Positions 18,293 to 27,419 of a stretch of 62,176 nucleotides of DNA are shown here, one piece after another (positions within the stretch are counted from its first letter, which is position 1; each line of letters begins with the position of its first letter). The translations under genes were made by a program, and so were the position numbers. The notes beneath the pieces are model-generated. The model was not told the origin of the DNA, ran no database searches, and saw only the letters and a list, made by a program, of their open reading frames with translations. Source of the stretch: a virus (Duplodnaviria; Caudoviricetes); IMG/VR virus record IMGVR_UViG_3300025137_003955, positions 1 to 62,176 of that record. The stretch is one strand, 5' to 3'.

Positions 18293-18802
18293 ATGATTGA
18301 TACTCGTAACGGCCATTTAGTTGTAGGGAAAGTTGCTGTTCCTGTAAGGGAAGTAACTGCTTCTGTCTGTGATAGAATGAGTATGGAATGGATATGTAAT
18401 AGGTATCCCCTTACCAAACAAGAAGTAATTGAATGTATAGATTGCGTAGCAGACTTAGATAATATAGATGCTGGTGTACATTTGTCACTTACAAACGGTA
18501 GTAGTGATATAGGACAACTTACTGTAGAAACAAGTATGATGTCAGACACATTTTTCCTTAAAACAATACAATATGGAAAAGTATTTTTAGAAAATGAGGA
18601 CGACTTTAACATTTTATATGACAAAGGTTTTAGAATGTGTGCTATCGAATCATTTGAAGATGACTTAAATGGTAGTATAGGTTATGAGAGTAGTGACTTG
18701 CATATTATAGTATATAATGCTATAATGGATATTGTAGATACAGAATTTGATAAACAGGAATTTGTAAATTTCTTAAAGGGAGAAGATGAGTCTCAAGTAT
18801 AG
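18293..18802 (+). CDS. Hypothetical protein with DUF433-like N-terminus
   Basis: VPVREV...MSMEWICNRYPLTKQEVIECI resembles the DUF433 HTH. Confidence 0.45.
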   Translation: MIDTRNGHLVVGKVAVPVREVTASVCDRMSMEWICNRYPLTKQEVIECIDCVADLDNIDAGVHLSLTNGSSDIGQLTVETSMMSDTFFLKTIQYGKVFLENEDDFNILYDKGFRMCAIESFEDDLNGSIGYESSDLHIIVYNAIMDIVDTEFDKQEFVNFLKGEDESQV

Positions 18803-19667
18803 CGAAACATTTTATTCAGCACAAGGCGAAGGCCAGTATGTTGGTATACCTAGTCTATGGATGAGATTCTTTTTATGTAATTTACAATGTAATGGCTTTG
18901 GGCAGAAAGACCCAACAGATGTCAGTACATATGAGTTACCGTACGAAACAATTGATATAACAAACATAGACAATGTGTTTGATTTACCCGTTTTTGATAA
19001 GGGGTGTGACAGTAGTTACACTTGGGCCAAGAGGTACAAGCACCTTATAACCGATAAGACGGTGGAGGAGGCAGTAGACGAACTTACAGCCCTTCTGCCG
19101 CACGGTAACTTTACACATCCTGCAACTGGACAAAGTTCGCACATGGTGTTTACAGGCGGTGAGCCAATGCTTAAAAAGACACAGCCGGGCATGATGGATA
19201 TATTAGAAGAGTTTGGTAAAAGAGATAATATGCCTAGCAACGTAACAATAGAAACTAACGGCACTAGACCTATTGAAGATGACTTTGCTAATTATATACA
19301 GAATTGGTCAGCAGGTGGTAGAGAATGGTACTGGAGCCTTAGTCCTAAACTATGGGCTACTGCTGGAGAGATGAGCAAGAAAGCAATCAAGCCAGAAGTA
19401 ATAGGGCAGTATGCAGAAGTATCTCCACATGGACAGTTAAAGTTTGTTGTCAACGGAACTGACGAGAGTTGGAAAGAAGTTGAAGAGAATACAAAATTAT
19501 TTAGAGATGCAGGATGTAAATTTCCTGTATGGATTATGGGTGTAGGCGGAACGTTTGAAGGACTTGTACAAACAGAAGCCACAATAGCCGACGAAGCATT
19601 GCAACGTGGGTATAATTATACAAGTAGAGTTCACGTACATATATACGGAAACGCAATAGGAAAATAA
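18786..19667 (+). CDS. queE: 7-carboxy-7-deazaguanine synthase (radical SAM)
   Basis: ETFYSAQGEG, CNLQC...(insertion)...CDS, TGGEP, IETNG, SLSPK. Confidence 0.9.
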   Translation: MSLKYSETFYSAQGEGQYVGIPSLWMRFFLCNLQCNGFGQKDPTDVSTYELPYETIDITNIDNVFDLPVFDKGCDSSYTWAKRYKHLITDKTVEEAVDELTALLPHGNFTHPATGQSSHMVFTGGEPMLKKTQPGMMDILEEFGKRDNMPSNVTIETNGTRPIEDDFANYIQNWSAGGREWYWSLSPKLWATAGEMSKKAIKPEVIGQYAEVSPHGQLKFVVNGTDESWKEVEENTKLFRDAGCKFPVWIMGVGGTFEGLVQTEATIADEALQRGYNYTSRVHVHIYGNAIGK

Positions 19668-19668
19668 A

Positions 19669-20187
19669 ATGAATAAACACGATAAAAACTTTTTAATCAA
19701 CTTTAGTCCGTTATTAATGGCGGCAGTTGTTATGTTTTTAATGCTAGTAGCATTTGAAACAAAAGCACAAGATAAAACAGTAGGATATACATCAGACGGT
19801 ATACCTATTCTAATGGAAGACTTGTCTGCTGAAGCACGACAAGAACTATTAGAAAAAGAAATGGCAGAAGCCGATACACTTCTAGAAGAAGCAACAGCAT
19901 CAACTAAGCCTGTACTAGTTAGTATACCTTATACAGTTGTTGATAATGAGGTTATAGTGGCATTTGGTTATGGTATAAGATTAATAGCAACATATCCGTG
20001 TAATGTTACACCTGGTGACGTAGTAGTGCCAGAGCCAGGACTTACAGAAATAGGTATTAGTACAAAGTTTCTGGTACAACGAACCTTACCTGATGGTAAA
20101 ACAATGAACTATCTATGTAGAGTTGTTGGGTTAGAGCCTGTAGCAAATATGGATATATTAGAGGAAAAAAATGACAAAGAAGACTAA
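19669..20187 (+). CDS. Hypothetical exported/membrane protein
   Basis: N-terminal hydrophobic segment. Confidence 0.5.
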   Translation: MNKHDKNFLINFSPLLMAAVVMFLMLVAFETKAQDKTVGYTSDGIPILMEDLSAEARQELLEKEMAEADTLLEEATASTKPVLVSIPYTVVDNEVIVAFGYGIRLIATYPCNVTPGDVVVPEPGLTEIGISTKFLVQRTLPDGKTMNYLCRVVGLEPVANMDILEEKNDKED

Positions 20188-20677
20188 ATTACCCTTTAGT
20201 ATGATGCCTGCCAGTTGGGGTCTTAAGGGTAAGACTCGTGCAATAGCAGAAGCAGAATATTATTATGAAGGTAACGAGCTAGAAGAAGTATTAGCAACTT
20301 TAAATGCTGATACTGATACTGATAAAGAACTTGCTAAACTAGATGTACAACTTAAAAATGGTGACATTGGAAAATATGAACATGAAAAAGCAGTTGCTGA
20401 TATTAAAAAGGCACCTTATATTAATGTTCTTAAATTAGATGTCAATCCTGAAAATGCAAAAGCAGGGTATATGGAACTTGATTGGAACGATCACTTTGTT
20501 GCATTTTTACATGAGAATGGATATACTGCTGAAAATGATGAAGCAGTGGTAAACAAATGGTTTAATGATGTGTGCAGAACAGTTTTAGTACAAGAAATAC
20601 AGGACCAAGATTACGGATTACAAGAACAAGGAGGAACTGATGTCATCAGAGCAGATGGAGACACAGGCCAAGACTAA
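20171..20677 (+). CDS. Phage hypothetical protein
   Basis: 168 aa; ELDWN...F...GY motif; SD GAGG. Confidence 0.6.
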   Translation: MTKKTKLPFSMMPASWGLKGKTRAIAEAEYYYEGNELEEVLATLNADTDTDKELAKLDVQLKNGDIGKYEHEKAVADIKKAPYINVLKLDVNPENAKAGYMELDWNDHFVAFLHENGYTAENDEAVVNKWFNDVCRTVLVQEIQDQDYGLQEQGGTDVIRADGDTGQD

Positions 20678-20888
20678 ACTAGCAATCCTAGTTAAGTCAA
20701 TAGAACCTATAGTGGAACAGCAATTATCAGAGTTTACACCTGCTGAAATAGAGTTCGTGTTGGCTAACTTCCGTAAACATTTAAAATACGATTTAACAAG
20801 AGATTTTGAAAAAAATAGAGAAAAACACTTGAAAGAATCGCCTTTTGATGCTATAATAAATGACGACTTAGGATTAAACAATGGATAA
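20640..20888 (+). CDS. Hypothetical protein
   Basis: SD GGAGG upstream; overlaps both neighbours. Confidence 0.55.
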   Translation: MSSEQMETQAKTKLAILVKSIEPIVEQQLSEFTPAEIEFVLANFRKHLKYDLTRDFEKNREKHLKESPFDAIINDDLGLNNG

Positions 20889-21873
20889 AAAAACATACAT
20901 ATTGGTAGATAGTTTAAACATGTTCTTCCGTGCTAAACACGTAGGCAATGGCAGAGATATTGACATGCGAGTTGGTATGGCAATGCATATTATGTTTAAC
21001 AGCATTAAAAAAGTTTGGAAAGACTTTGATGGTGATCATGTTGTTATGTGTTTAGAAGGTCGTTCATGGCGTAAGGACTTTTATACGCCTTACAAAGCAA
21101 ACAGAAAAGTTACAATGGACAAGAGAAGTGTCAGAGAGCAAGAAGATGACGAATTGTTTTTTGAGTCTTATAATGACATGGTAGAGTTTTTAGATAAACG
21201 TACAAATTGTAGTGTAGTTCAACAGCCTAATGCGGAAGCAGATGACTTGATTGCTACATGGATACAGCAACATCCAGAAGATAACCATGTTATAATTAGT
21301 ACAGACAGTGACTTTTATCAGCTCTTAGCACCTAATGTCACGCAGTATAACGGCACAACAGATCAAATAGTTAGTCTTGAAGGGTTTAAAAATGCAAAGA
21401 CAGGCGAATGGGTTATAGATAAAAAGACTAATGAAGTAAAGACTCCAATTGTTCCTGAATGGGTATTGTTTGAGAAGTGTGTTAGAGGAGATAGCAGTGA
21501 TAATGTGTTTAGTGCATATCCAGGAGCAAGGCTTAAAGGTACTAAGAACAAAACAGGTATAACAGAAGCATACGAAGATAGGCACACAGGTGGCTATAAT
21601 TATAATAACTTTATGCTACAACGTTGGGTAGATCATGAGGAAGAGGAACACAGAGTTAAAGATGACTTTGAGCGAAATATGACTCTAATAGATTTAACTA
21701 AGCAACCTGATGATGTTAAGGCAGAATGTAAAGCAAGGATAGAAGAAGCAAAACAACAGGAAACAAGACAACAAGTTGGGATATACTTTATGAAGTTTTG
21801 TGCTAAATGGAACTTAGAACGTATGAGCCAGAATCCAGGAGACTATGCGGAGTTTATGAATGGAAAAGCCTGA
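20881..21873 (+). CDS. rnh: 5'-3' exonuclease / T4 RNase H-like flap endonuclease
   Basis: LVD, SWRK..Y..YKANR, EADD, STDSDFYQL, GDSSDNV. Confidence 0.92.
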   Translation: MDKKTYILVDSLNMFFRAKHVGNGRDIDMRVGMAMHIMFNSIKKVWKDFDGDHVVMCLEGRSWRKDFYTPYKANRKVTMDKRSVREQEDDELFFESYNDMVEFLDKRTNCSVVQQPNAEADDLIATWIQQHPEDNHVIISTDSDFYQLLAPNVTQYNGTTDQIVSLEGFKNAKTGEWVIDKKTNEVKTPIVPEWVLFEKCVRGDSSDNVFSAYPGARLKGTKNKTGITEAYEDRHTGGYNYNNFMLQRWVDHEEEEHRVKDDFERNMTLIDLTKQPDDVKAECKARIEEAKQQETRQQVGIYFMKFCAKWNLERMSQNPGDYAEFMNGKA

Positions 21874-22102
21874 TCCTGTAGAAGAAGCAATGAAAAGAAT
21901 TTGCTTGGATTGGCCTAAAAAACCGTATTGGATATTTACAAGTCCAGATCAACACAAAGTATACAGACAAATGAGACAAGATGTGTGCCCAGAGTTATTT
22001 AAAAATGCAAAAGGCACCCCAAACAAACAACTTTATTCCATAGGTGGAGTTGTAGTTGGTAAAGATGAAGACTATGGAAACAAGGAGAATAAAGCATGGT
22101 AA
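21860..22102 (+). CDS. Hypothetical protein
   Basis: ORF within the operon. Confidence 0.45.
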   Translation: MEKPDPVEEAMKRICLDWPKKPYWIFTSPDQHKVYRQMRQDVCPELFKNAKGTPNKQLYSIGGVVVGKDEDYGNKENKAW

Positions 22103-22644
22103 AGGATAAAGGAAAAAAAGCATCGCTACAGCAAATATCAGATGTAGCATGGCTTGTACGACAAGGAAAAAATAAACTAGGCATACTTAATAAAGATGTG
22201 CAAAATCATTTTTTCTACATTAATGGTTCTAAAGGTATTTCTTTAGATAACGAAGAAGAAGTAGAACAGTTTTTTGGTAATGCAGATATCTTTAATGAGC
22301 AAATTACTGACTCGATGACAGAGCCTGAAGCATTTTATATCAAAGGGCACCTTATAGATTATGAAACTCCTTATCCGTTAGATCCAGGTGAGCCTAACTA
22401 TGATCCTGATGTTCCTTTATATACTAAAACTCCTGACAGTGATATATATTATGCGGCAGGTTGGTATTGCATAAACTTTGATAAATGTTGGAAGCATGGA
22501 CATGGTCCTAAATACAGTACTCTAATCAAATACGGATTTAGAGGTCCCTATAAAACTGAGGACGAGTGTAAAGTTATTCTTAAAAAGATTAACAAGGAAA
22601 GGAAGTTAGATGAACGAACTGGACAAACTGAAGTTACATCTTAA
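22096..22644 (+). CDS. Phage hypothetical protein
   Basis: YTKT...YYAAGWY...PK...Y.F.GPYKT conserved-looking motifs; SD AAGGAG. Confidence 0.6.
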   Translation: MVKDKGKKASLQQISDVAWLVRQGKNKLGILNKDVQNHFFYINGSKGISLDNEEEVEQFFGNADIFNEQITDSMTEPEAFYIKGHLIDYETPYPLDPGEPNYDPDVPLYTKTPDSDIYYAAGWYCINFDKCWKHGHGPKYSTLIKYGFRGPYKTEDECKVILKKINKERKLDERTGQTEVTS

Positions 22645-22757
22645 AAACCTAAAGGAAAGCGGTAACCAGGAATTTACAATTAACGTAAAGTACCTGTCAG
22701 ATATATTAAATCAACTTCCTGAACAATCTGATAACTCTGCGCCTATTAATATAGATT

Positions 22758-23045
22758 TTGATGGTGGCAAGTTTGATAGTAAGTGAAGATTTCCAATTAC
22801 CCGATGATTGTGGATACAATAAAATATTTAGACACAACTGGATAACTCCAGTATATGGTCTCTCCATGGGGCATATACCTATTATACATAATATATGTAG
22901 TGCAAAGTGGGGTTGGCATTTTAAGCCACATAAAGATATGAATTATCACTCAGATCAGTGGTATGAGAAACAAAATATGGTATTATCATTTGAACGGCAA
23001 ATTGACCTTATTATAGTAAAGTTATCGATAGATATACATAAATAA
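22758..23045 (+). CDS. Hypothetical protein
   Basis: ORF track; WGWHF motif. Confidence 0.45.
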   Translation: MMVASLIVSEDFQLPDDCGYNKIFRHNWITPVYGLSMGHIPIIHNICSAKWGWHFKPHKDMNYHSDQWYEKQNMVLSFERQIDLIIVKLSIDIHK

Positions 23046-23049
23046 AAGC

Positions 23050-23262
23050 ATGAAAACAGGCACACTTAATTTTTGGAATAGCAGACGACAATACGGAATT
23101 GTTTCTGCTGGTAAATCAAACATATATCTTAAACGTCATCACGTTACCAGTCCATCTGCTCCAGCAGAATTAACTGGCGGTATGGAAGTAGAGTTCGATA
23201 CAGAAGTAAATGGTATGGAAATAAAATCAACATGTGACTTAACACCTAGGATAAAAATATAA
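23050..23262 (+). CDS. Cold-shock-domain-like protein
   Basis: MKTGTLNFWNSRRQYGIV...IYL...LTGGMEVEF parallels CspA (GTVKWFN..KGFGFI...L.EG..VEF). Confidence 0.65.
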   Translation: MKTGTLNFWNSRRQYGIVSAGKSNIYLKRHHVTSPSAPAELTGGMEVEFDTEVNGMEIKSTCDLTPRIKI

Positions 23263-23492
23263 TGAAAGTAGAAATTTATAGCAAACCACAATGCCCTTTC
23301 TGTGTACAAGCAAAAGCATTAGCAGAAAGAGAAGGACACGAACTAACATACAAAATGTTAGATGAAGATTTTGATAGAGAAGCATTAATGGAAACATTTC
23401 CAGGTGCTAGAACATTCCCTCAAATAATTGTTGACGGTGAAAAAATTGGCGGATTTACTGAATTTAAGGCATTAGTCGAATCAAGTAAATAA
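23262..23492 (+). CDS. grx: Glutaredoxin
   Basis: CPFC active site, TFPQI, IGGF. Confidence 0.95.
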   Translation: MKVEIYSKPQCPFCVQAKALAEREGHELTYKMLDEDFDREALMETFPGARTFPQIIVDGEKIGGFTEFKALVESSK

Positions 23493-23938
23493 TGAAAGAA
23501 TTAGGAATGGTGTTAGGAGGCTGTTTAATAATAGCCTTATTTTTTGGATTAAAAATCTATCCCTCTTTAGAGTATACTGGGTACAGCAGTAACAGTTCAT
23601 GCTACGGAGAATGCTACGAAGAGTATGTAGCATTAAATGGTACATCAGTAGATATACTAAGAGCAAAACAAGCCTTAGCCGCAGGTGATCCATTCAGTGA
23701 TATCAGAAGTTTATGGAGTGGTTGTGCCGCATGTCATGGCGCAGACGGAGGAGGAGGCGTAGGACCTAAACTCTCTGGACAAACAGCAGATTATATTACT
23801 GGTAGACTTTATACCTATAAAGATAGAGGTACTGTTGGAGCTCAAAGTGCCTTAATGTGGGGACAAGCCGCAATGCTTTCAGACAAAGAAATTACTCAGA
23901 TTGGTGAGTTTATTAAAGAAGGTCTTCCCGGCAAATAA
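23492..23938 (+). CDS. Membrane-anchored class I cytochrome c (c553/c4-like)
   Basis: N-terminal TM helix, CAACHG heme motif, PKLSGQ...Y, distal Met in SALMW...LSDKEI. Confidence 0.85.
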   Translation: MKELGMVLGGCLIIALFFGLKIYPSLEYTGYSSNSSCYGECYEEYVALNGTSVDILRAKQALAAGDPFSDIRSLWSGCAACHGADGGGGVGPKLSGQTADYITGRLYTYKDRGTVGAQSALMWGQAAMLSDKEITQIGEFIKEGLPGK

Positions 23939-23999
23939 CAGTATTAACAACTGTTTTAATCTCATAAAAAGATAAATATGTGTATAGGAGATTACACAT

Positions 24000-24299
24000 A
24001 TGAGTAGACCAAAGCCAACAATTTTACTAGAAGCGGTAAACAAGCAAACATATAAAGCAGAACAAATACTTTCTGCAGATGCCATTTTTAGTGTTTTTTA
24101 TGATGGTAAACCAATTAACTTGAGGACCTTACACACACTTTTATCCTATCCAGGGCCTAAATACAAGAAAGTATCATTTAGTAATAGTGGACATGCCTTC
24201 AACTTAGCAGAGCGATTAAATAAAACTTTTACAACAGACTTGTTTACAGTAGTCATGCTTACCGAAGGTAAAGTGGTTACTGAAGATGACGTCAAGTAA
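24000..24299 (+). CDS. Phage hypothetical protein
   Basis: MSRPKPTILL...GPKYKKVSFSNSGHA; late promoter at 23971 and SD AGGAG. Confidence 0.65.
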   Translation: MSRPKPTILLEAVNKQTYKAEQILSADAIFSVFYDGKPINLRTLHTLLSYPGPKYKKVSFSNSGHAFNLAERLNKTFTTDLFTVVMLTEGKVVTEDDVK

Positions 24300-24717
24300 T
24301 AAACATATACAATACCAAATTTTAGATAAAATTATATCTTTTATCGAAGAAGGCTTATTGGAAAGCAAATCCAGGCGACCTGGATATAATAAAATGAATA
24401 AGTTTTATGGGCAGTTCTTAGAAGACAGCAGGATACAACTAGCATATAAAATCTTTAATAACTTCAGAATAGACAATGGTGTTCCTAAAGGTATTCGCTT
24501 GACATACCTAGGAAATGAATTACTTAAAAGACAATTCACAGCATATGATTATAGTCATAGTGTTGAGCCCACCCCCAAAATGTATTTGGTATTAGACTCT
24601 CAAATGAAGTGGCCTTATTACTTTACTAAGAAAAAAATGGTATTTTACGACCAAGAAGATTCTGCATGGTTTAAACTTAACGGTTCAGATATTTCGGCCT
24701 TTATTGATGTAATTTAG
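24286..24717 (+). CDS. Hypothetical protein
   Basis: ORF overlapping the previous gene. Confidence 0.55.
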   Translation: MTSSNKHIQYQILDKIISFIEEGLLESKSRRPGYNKMNKFYGQFLEDSRIQLAYKIFNNFRIDNGVPKGIRLTYLGNELLKRQFTAYDYSHSVEPTPKMYLVLDSQMKWPYYFTKKKMVFYDQEDSAWFKLNGSDISAFIDVI

Positions 24718-24719
24718 GC

Positions 24720-24747
24720 TTGACAATATTTTACTTTAGTGTATAAT
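24720..24747 (+). promoter_or_regulatory. Sigma70-type promoter
   Basis: TTGACA-16 nt-TATAAT. Confidence 0.8.
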
Positions 24748-24803
24748 AGTTGCATGTCCAGTAATAATACTGGGCTCAAATAAGTAAATAATAGGAGAGT
24801 CAT

Positions 24804-25064
24804 ATGACAACTACTACTAAAGAAGCCAAAGTGCTATCAGCACTTCAATCCGGCAGAACTCTAAGTTCAGCCCAACTAAGAGCTCAATTCGGAGCAGGTA
24901 ACCCACAAGCAGTGATTCAAGCACTAAGATTCAAAGGATACTCAATCTATTTGAATGTTGTGACTGACACAAAAGGAAGAAGCAGAAACGTTTATCGTTT
25001 AGGTACTCCTTCAAGAGCAATTATTGCCGCTGGTTACAAAGCAATGGCTAACGGTACTGTCTAA
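24804..25064 (+). CDS. Winged-HTH DNA-binding protein
   Basis: VLSALQSGRTLSSAQLRAQFG..NPQAVIQALR..GYSI...YRLG; monocistronic, with promoter and terminator. Confidence 0.7.
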   Translation: MTTTTKEAKVLSALQSGRTLSSAQLRAQFGAGNPQAVIQALRFKGYSIYLNVVTDTKGRSRNVYRLGTPSRAIIAAGYKAMANGTV

Positions 25065-25083
25065 TCTAGATAATACTTTTATT

Positions 25084-25112
25084 AAAAGGGTACTTTTAGT
25101 ACCCTTTTTTTT
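25084..25112 (+). terminator. Rho-independent terminator
   Basis: AAAAGGGTAC-tttta-GTACCCTTTT followed by a T-run. Confidence 0.85.
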
Positions 25113-25115
25113 GGC

Positions 25116-25143
25116 TTGACAAAATTAATTTTTATATTATAAT
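25116..25143 (+). promoter_or_regulatory. Sigma70-type promoter
   Basis: TTGACA-16 nt-TATAAT. Confidence 0.8.
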
Positions 25144-25171
25144 AGTGGAATATTTAATAAAGGAGTAATAT

Positions 25172-25351
25172 ATGGTTATTGTAGATGCAGGGGGATATAA
25201 ATTCACATATGACAATTCAATGTCATTCGAAAGCAATTTTTCATTGTGGGCACAAATAAACACAGAAGAAAAATTAGCATTTAATGAGCAACCTTACAGC
25301 AGAGAAGAACAAGAAGAAATTTTTTCTAAACTTTTCTCAAATAAGGCTTGA
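25172..25351 (+). CDS. Small hypothetical protein (59 aa)
   Basis: SD AAGGAG and promoter upstream; MVIVDAGDIKFTYD... Confidence 0.6.
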   Translation: MVIVDAGGYKFTYDNSMSFESNFSLWAQINTEEKLAFNEQPYSREEQEEIFSKLFSNKA

Positions 25352-25375
25352 CTTAGATCAATTTTTTGTTATACT
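25348..25375 (+). promoter_or_regulatory. Sigma70-type promoter
   Basis: TTGACT-16 nt-TATACT. Confidence 0.7.
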
Positions 25376-25407
25376 ATTTGTATAGGTTAAATTAAGGAGT
25401 AACTAAT

Positions 25408-26514
25408 ATGGAAACATTAAACGTAAGAGCAAAATCAGTAAAGCCAATTATTTTAAGGGCTTTAAAGGTTAACAGACCAATTTTTATCTGGGGAGCACCT
25501 GGAATTGGTAAATCAGAATTAGTACAAGGACTAGTTGACGAAGGTGAACTAGGAAATGCATTAATGATTGATATGAGGTTGGCATTATTAGAGCCAACAG
25601 ATCTAAGAGGATATCCTTTTAGAAACCCTGAAAACAATCAAATGGAATGGAGCCCACCAAGTGACTTGCCTAGTCAAGACCTTGCCGCTTCATATGACAA
25701 TGTGGTATTGTTTTTGGACGAACTTAATTCAGCACCTCCTAGTGTACAGGCGGCGGCTTATCAATTAGTTCTTAACAGACGTATTGGACAATACATATTG
25801 CCTGACAATGTTAAGATTGTAGCCGCAGGTAACCGTGAGACTGATAGAGGTGTTACTTACAGAATGCCGGCACCGTTGGCTAACAGGTTTAGACATGTTA
25901 ATATGGAAGTAAACTTTGAAGACTGGTCTCAATGGGCTATGAAGAATACAGTACATCCTGATGTAATTGGGTATCTTAGTTTTTCTAAAGGCGATCTTTT
26001 TGACTTTGATCCTAAAAGTAGTTCACAATCATTTGCAACACCAAGAAGTTGGACTTTTGTAAGTGAGATGTTAGCCGCAGATGGATTTGATAGTGCTGAT
26101 GGCTTTGAACAAAAAGCCGAGATAGCAGGTGCTATTGGTGAAGGAATGGCAATTAAGTTTGTAGAACACAGAAGGATTGCTTCTAAACTTCCTAACCCTG
26201 ATCAAATTATTGGCGGAGAAGTTAAGAACTTAGACAATAAGTTGTCTAAAGAGATTTCAGCCAAGTATTCACTTGTAGTTGGACTTGCATATGAACTAAA
26301 CGAAATGTTTAAAGATGCTGGTATTGACGACAAGTTCAGAAAGGCACTTAATAATGTTGTTAGATTTAGTTATGACAACTTTGAGCCTGAAATGGTTGTG
26401 TTTTTGTTTAAAACAATCATGAAGGATTATCAGATCAGGTTCAACGTAAGAACTGATCTTGATAAAGAACTTCATAAAACATTTAGTGAGAGGTACACAA
26501 AATATATAGCCTAA
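25408..26514 (+). CDS. MoxR-like AAA+ ATPase
   Basis: Walker A GAPGIGKS, Walker B LFLDE, sensor AAGN, Arg finger LANRF, TPRSW. Confidence 0.9.
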   Translation: METLNVRAKSVKPIILRALKVNRPIFIWGAPGIGKSELVQGLVDEGELGNALMIDMRLALLEPTDLRGYPFRNPENNQMEWSPPSDLPSQDLAASYDNVVLFLDELNSAPPSVQAAAYQLVLNRRIGQYILPDNVKIVAAGNRETDRGVTYRMPAPLANRFRHVNMEVNFEDWSQWAMKNTVHPDVIGYLSFSKGDLFDFDPKSSSQSFATPRSWTFVSEMLAADGFDSADGFEQKAEIAGAIGEGMAIKFVEHRRIASKLPNPDQIIGGEVKNLDNKLSKEISAKYSLVVGLAYELNEMFKDAGIDDKFRKALNNVVRFSYDNFEPEMVVFLFKTIMKDYQIRFNVRTDLDKELHKTFSERYTKYIA

Positions 26515-26532
26515 GGGAGAGGCCTATTTCAA

Positions 26533-26608
26533 AAACTTGAGACCTACCTATGTTACTCCCTACCTAAGAATCTCAAGTTTCATCCCCCAGGCAACTGGGG
26601 GATTTTTT
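26533..26608 (+). ncRNA. Candidate 3'UTR-derived sRNA: 10-bp hairpin with anti-SD loop plus terminator
   Basis: AAACTTGAGA/TCTCAAGTTT stem with 28-nt C/T-rich loop CCTACCTATGTTACTCCCTACCTAAGAA, then ATCCCCCAG-gcaa-CTGGGGGAT-TTTTT. Confidence 0.5.
26582..26608 (+). terminator. Rho-independent terminator
   Basis: 9-bp GC-rich stem, GCAA (GNRA) tetraloop, T-run. Confidence 0.9.
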
Positions 26609-26748
26609 ATTGAACCGCGTAGTAGAGCGCCTGAAAACAGTAGGGCCAGATGTTACTACAATAAGGCAATAGCCTAGTTGACTGATCCGTTAGTATAGTA
26701 TGTCCTAGAAAGCGGATTTTCTTATATAAAAGGACAATAAATATTAGC

Positions 26749-27402
26749 ATGAATAAGATTTGGTTTTTTGGAGATAGTTGGTGTTGTAGTGCAGAACCAG
26801 GAACATGGGTTGACGAGTTGGCAATACGAACAAACTCGCATATTGCTCATTTGGGATTTGCTGGTAAATCACTTCATACAACTATGCAGGACTTTGTTGA
26901 TAACATACAATTTATTCAGAGCGATGATATTGTAGTTTTTGTTTACACTTCTGTTTTTAGGTGGAGGTTCCAAAATAATTGTTTTAGACAAGGCGTATCA
27001 ACTCGCGAGGACCAAAATCAAGCACATCAAAATATTACAAAAGAGCAATTTGATGCTTATAACAGATACTTGTTATACCTTAGCGACCCACAAGAAGAAG
27101 AGCTTAGGGCGGCTTCTTACATAAGTTATATGTATAATTACCCACTTCCCTGTAAAACAATACATTTACCTGCCTTTGGAGATTTTCCTATAGACTATAT
27201 CCCAGGTTTTAAGACTTTAGAAAACATTGACGCCTCTAATACAGGGAATTTTACTAGTCTTATATGGCAGTTTGAGAAAGATAATAACTTAACATCAGGA
27301 GCAACAAGTAGTTCAATAGACAATCATATGGGAGAGCCCGGCACACCAACAGATGCAGTACCCTATATACTAAAAAATATAGAACATTTACTTGACAAAT
27401 AA
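26749..27402 (+). CDS. SGNH/GDSL-hydrolase-like protein
   Basis: FFGDSW block I, G..G.S block II, C-terminal DNH. Confidence 0.6.
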   Translation: MNKIWFFGDSWCCSAEPGTWVDELAIRTNSHIAHLGFAGKSLHTTMQDFVDNIQFIQSDDIVVFVYTSVFRWRFQNNCFRQGVSTREDQNQAHQNITKEQFDAYNRYLLYLSDPQEEELRAASYISYMYNYPLPCKTIHLPAFGDFPIDYIPGFKTLENIDASNTGNFTSLIWQFEKDNNLTSGATSSSIDNHMGEPGTPTDAVPYILKNIEHLLDK

Positions 27403-27419
27403 TACTTTTTTGCTATAAT
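27392..27419 (+). promoter_or_regulatory. Sigma70-type promoter
   Basis: TTGACA-16 nt-TATAAT with extended -10. Confidence 0.85.
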
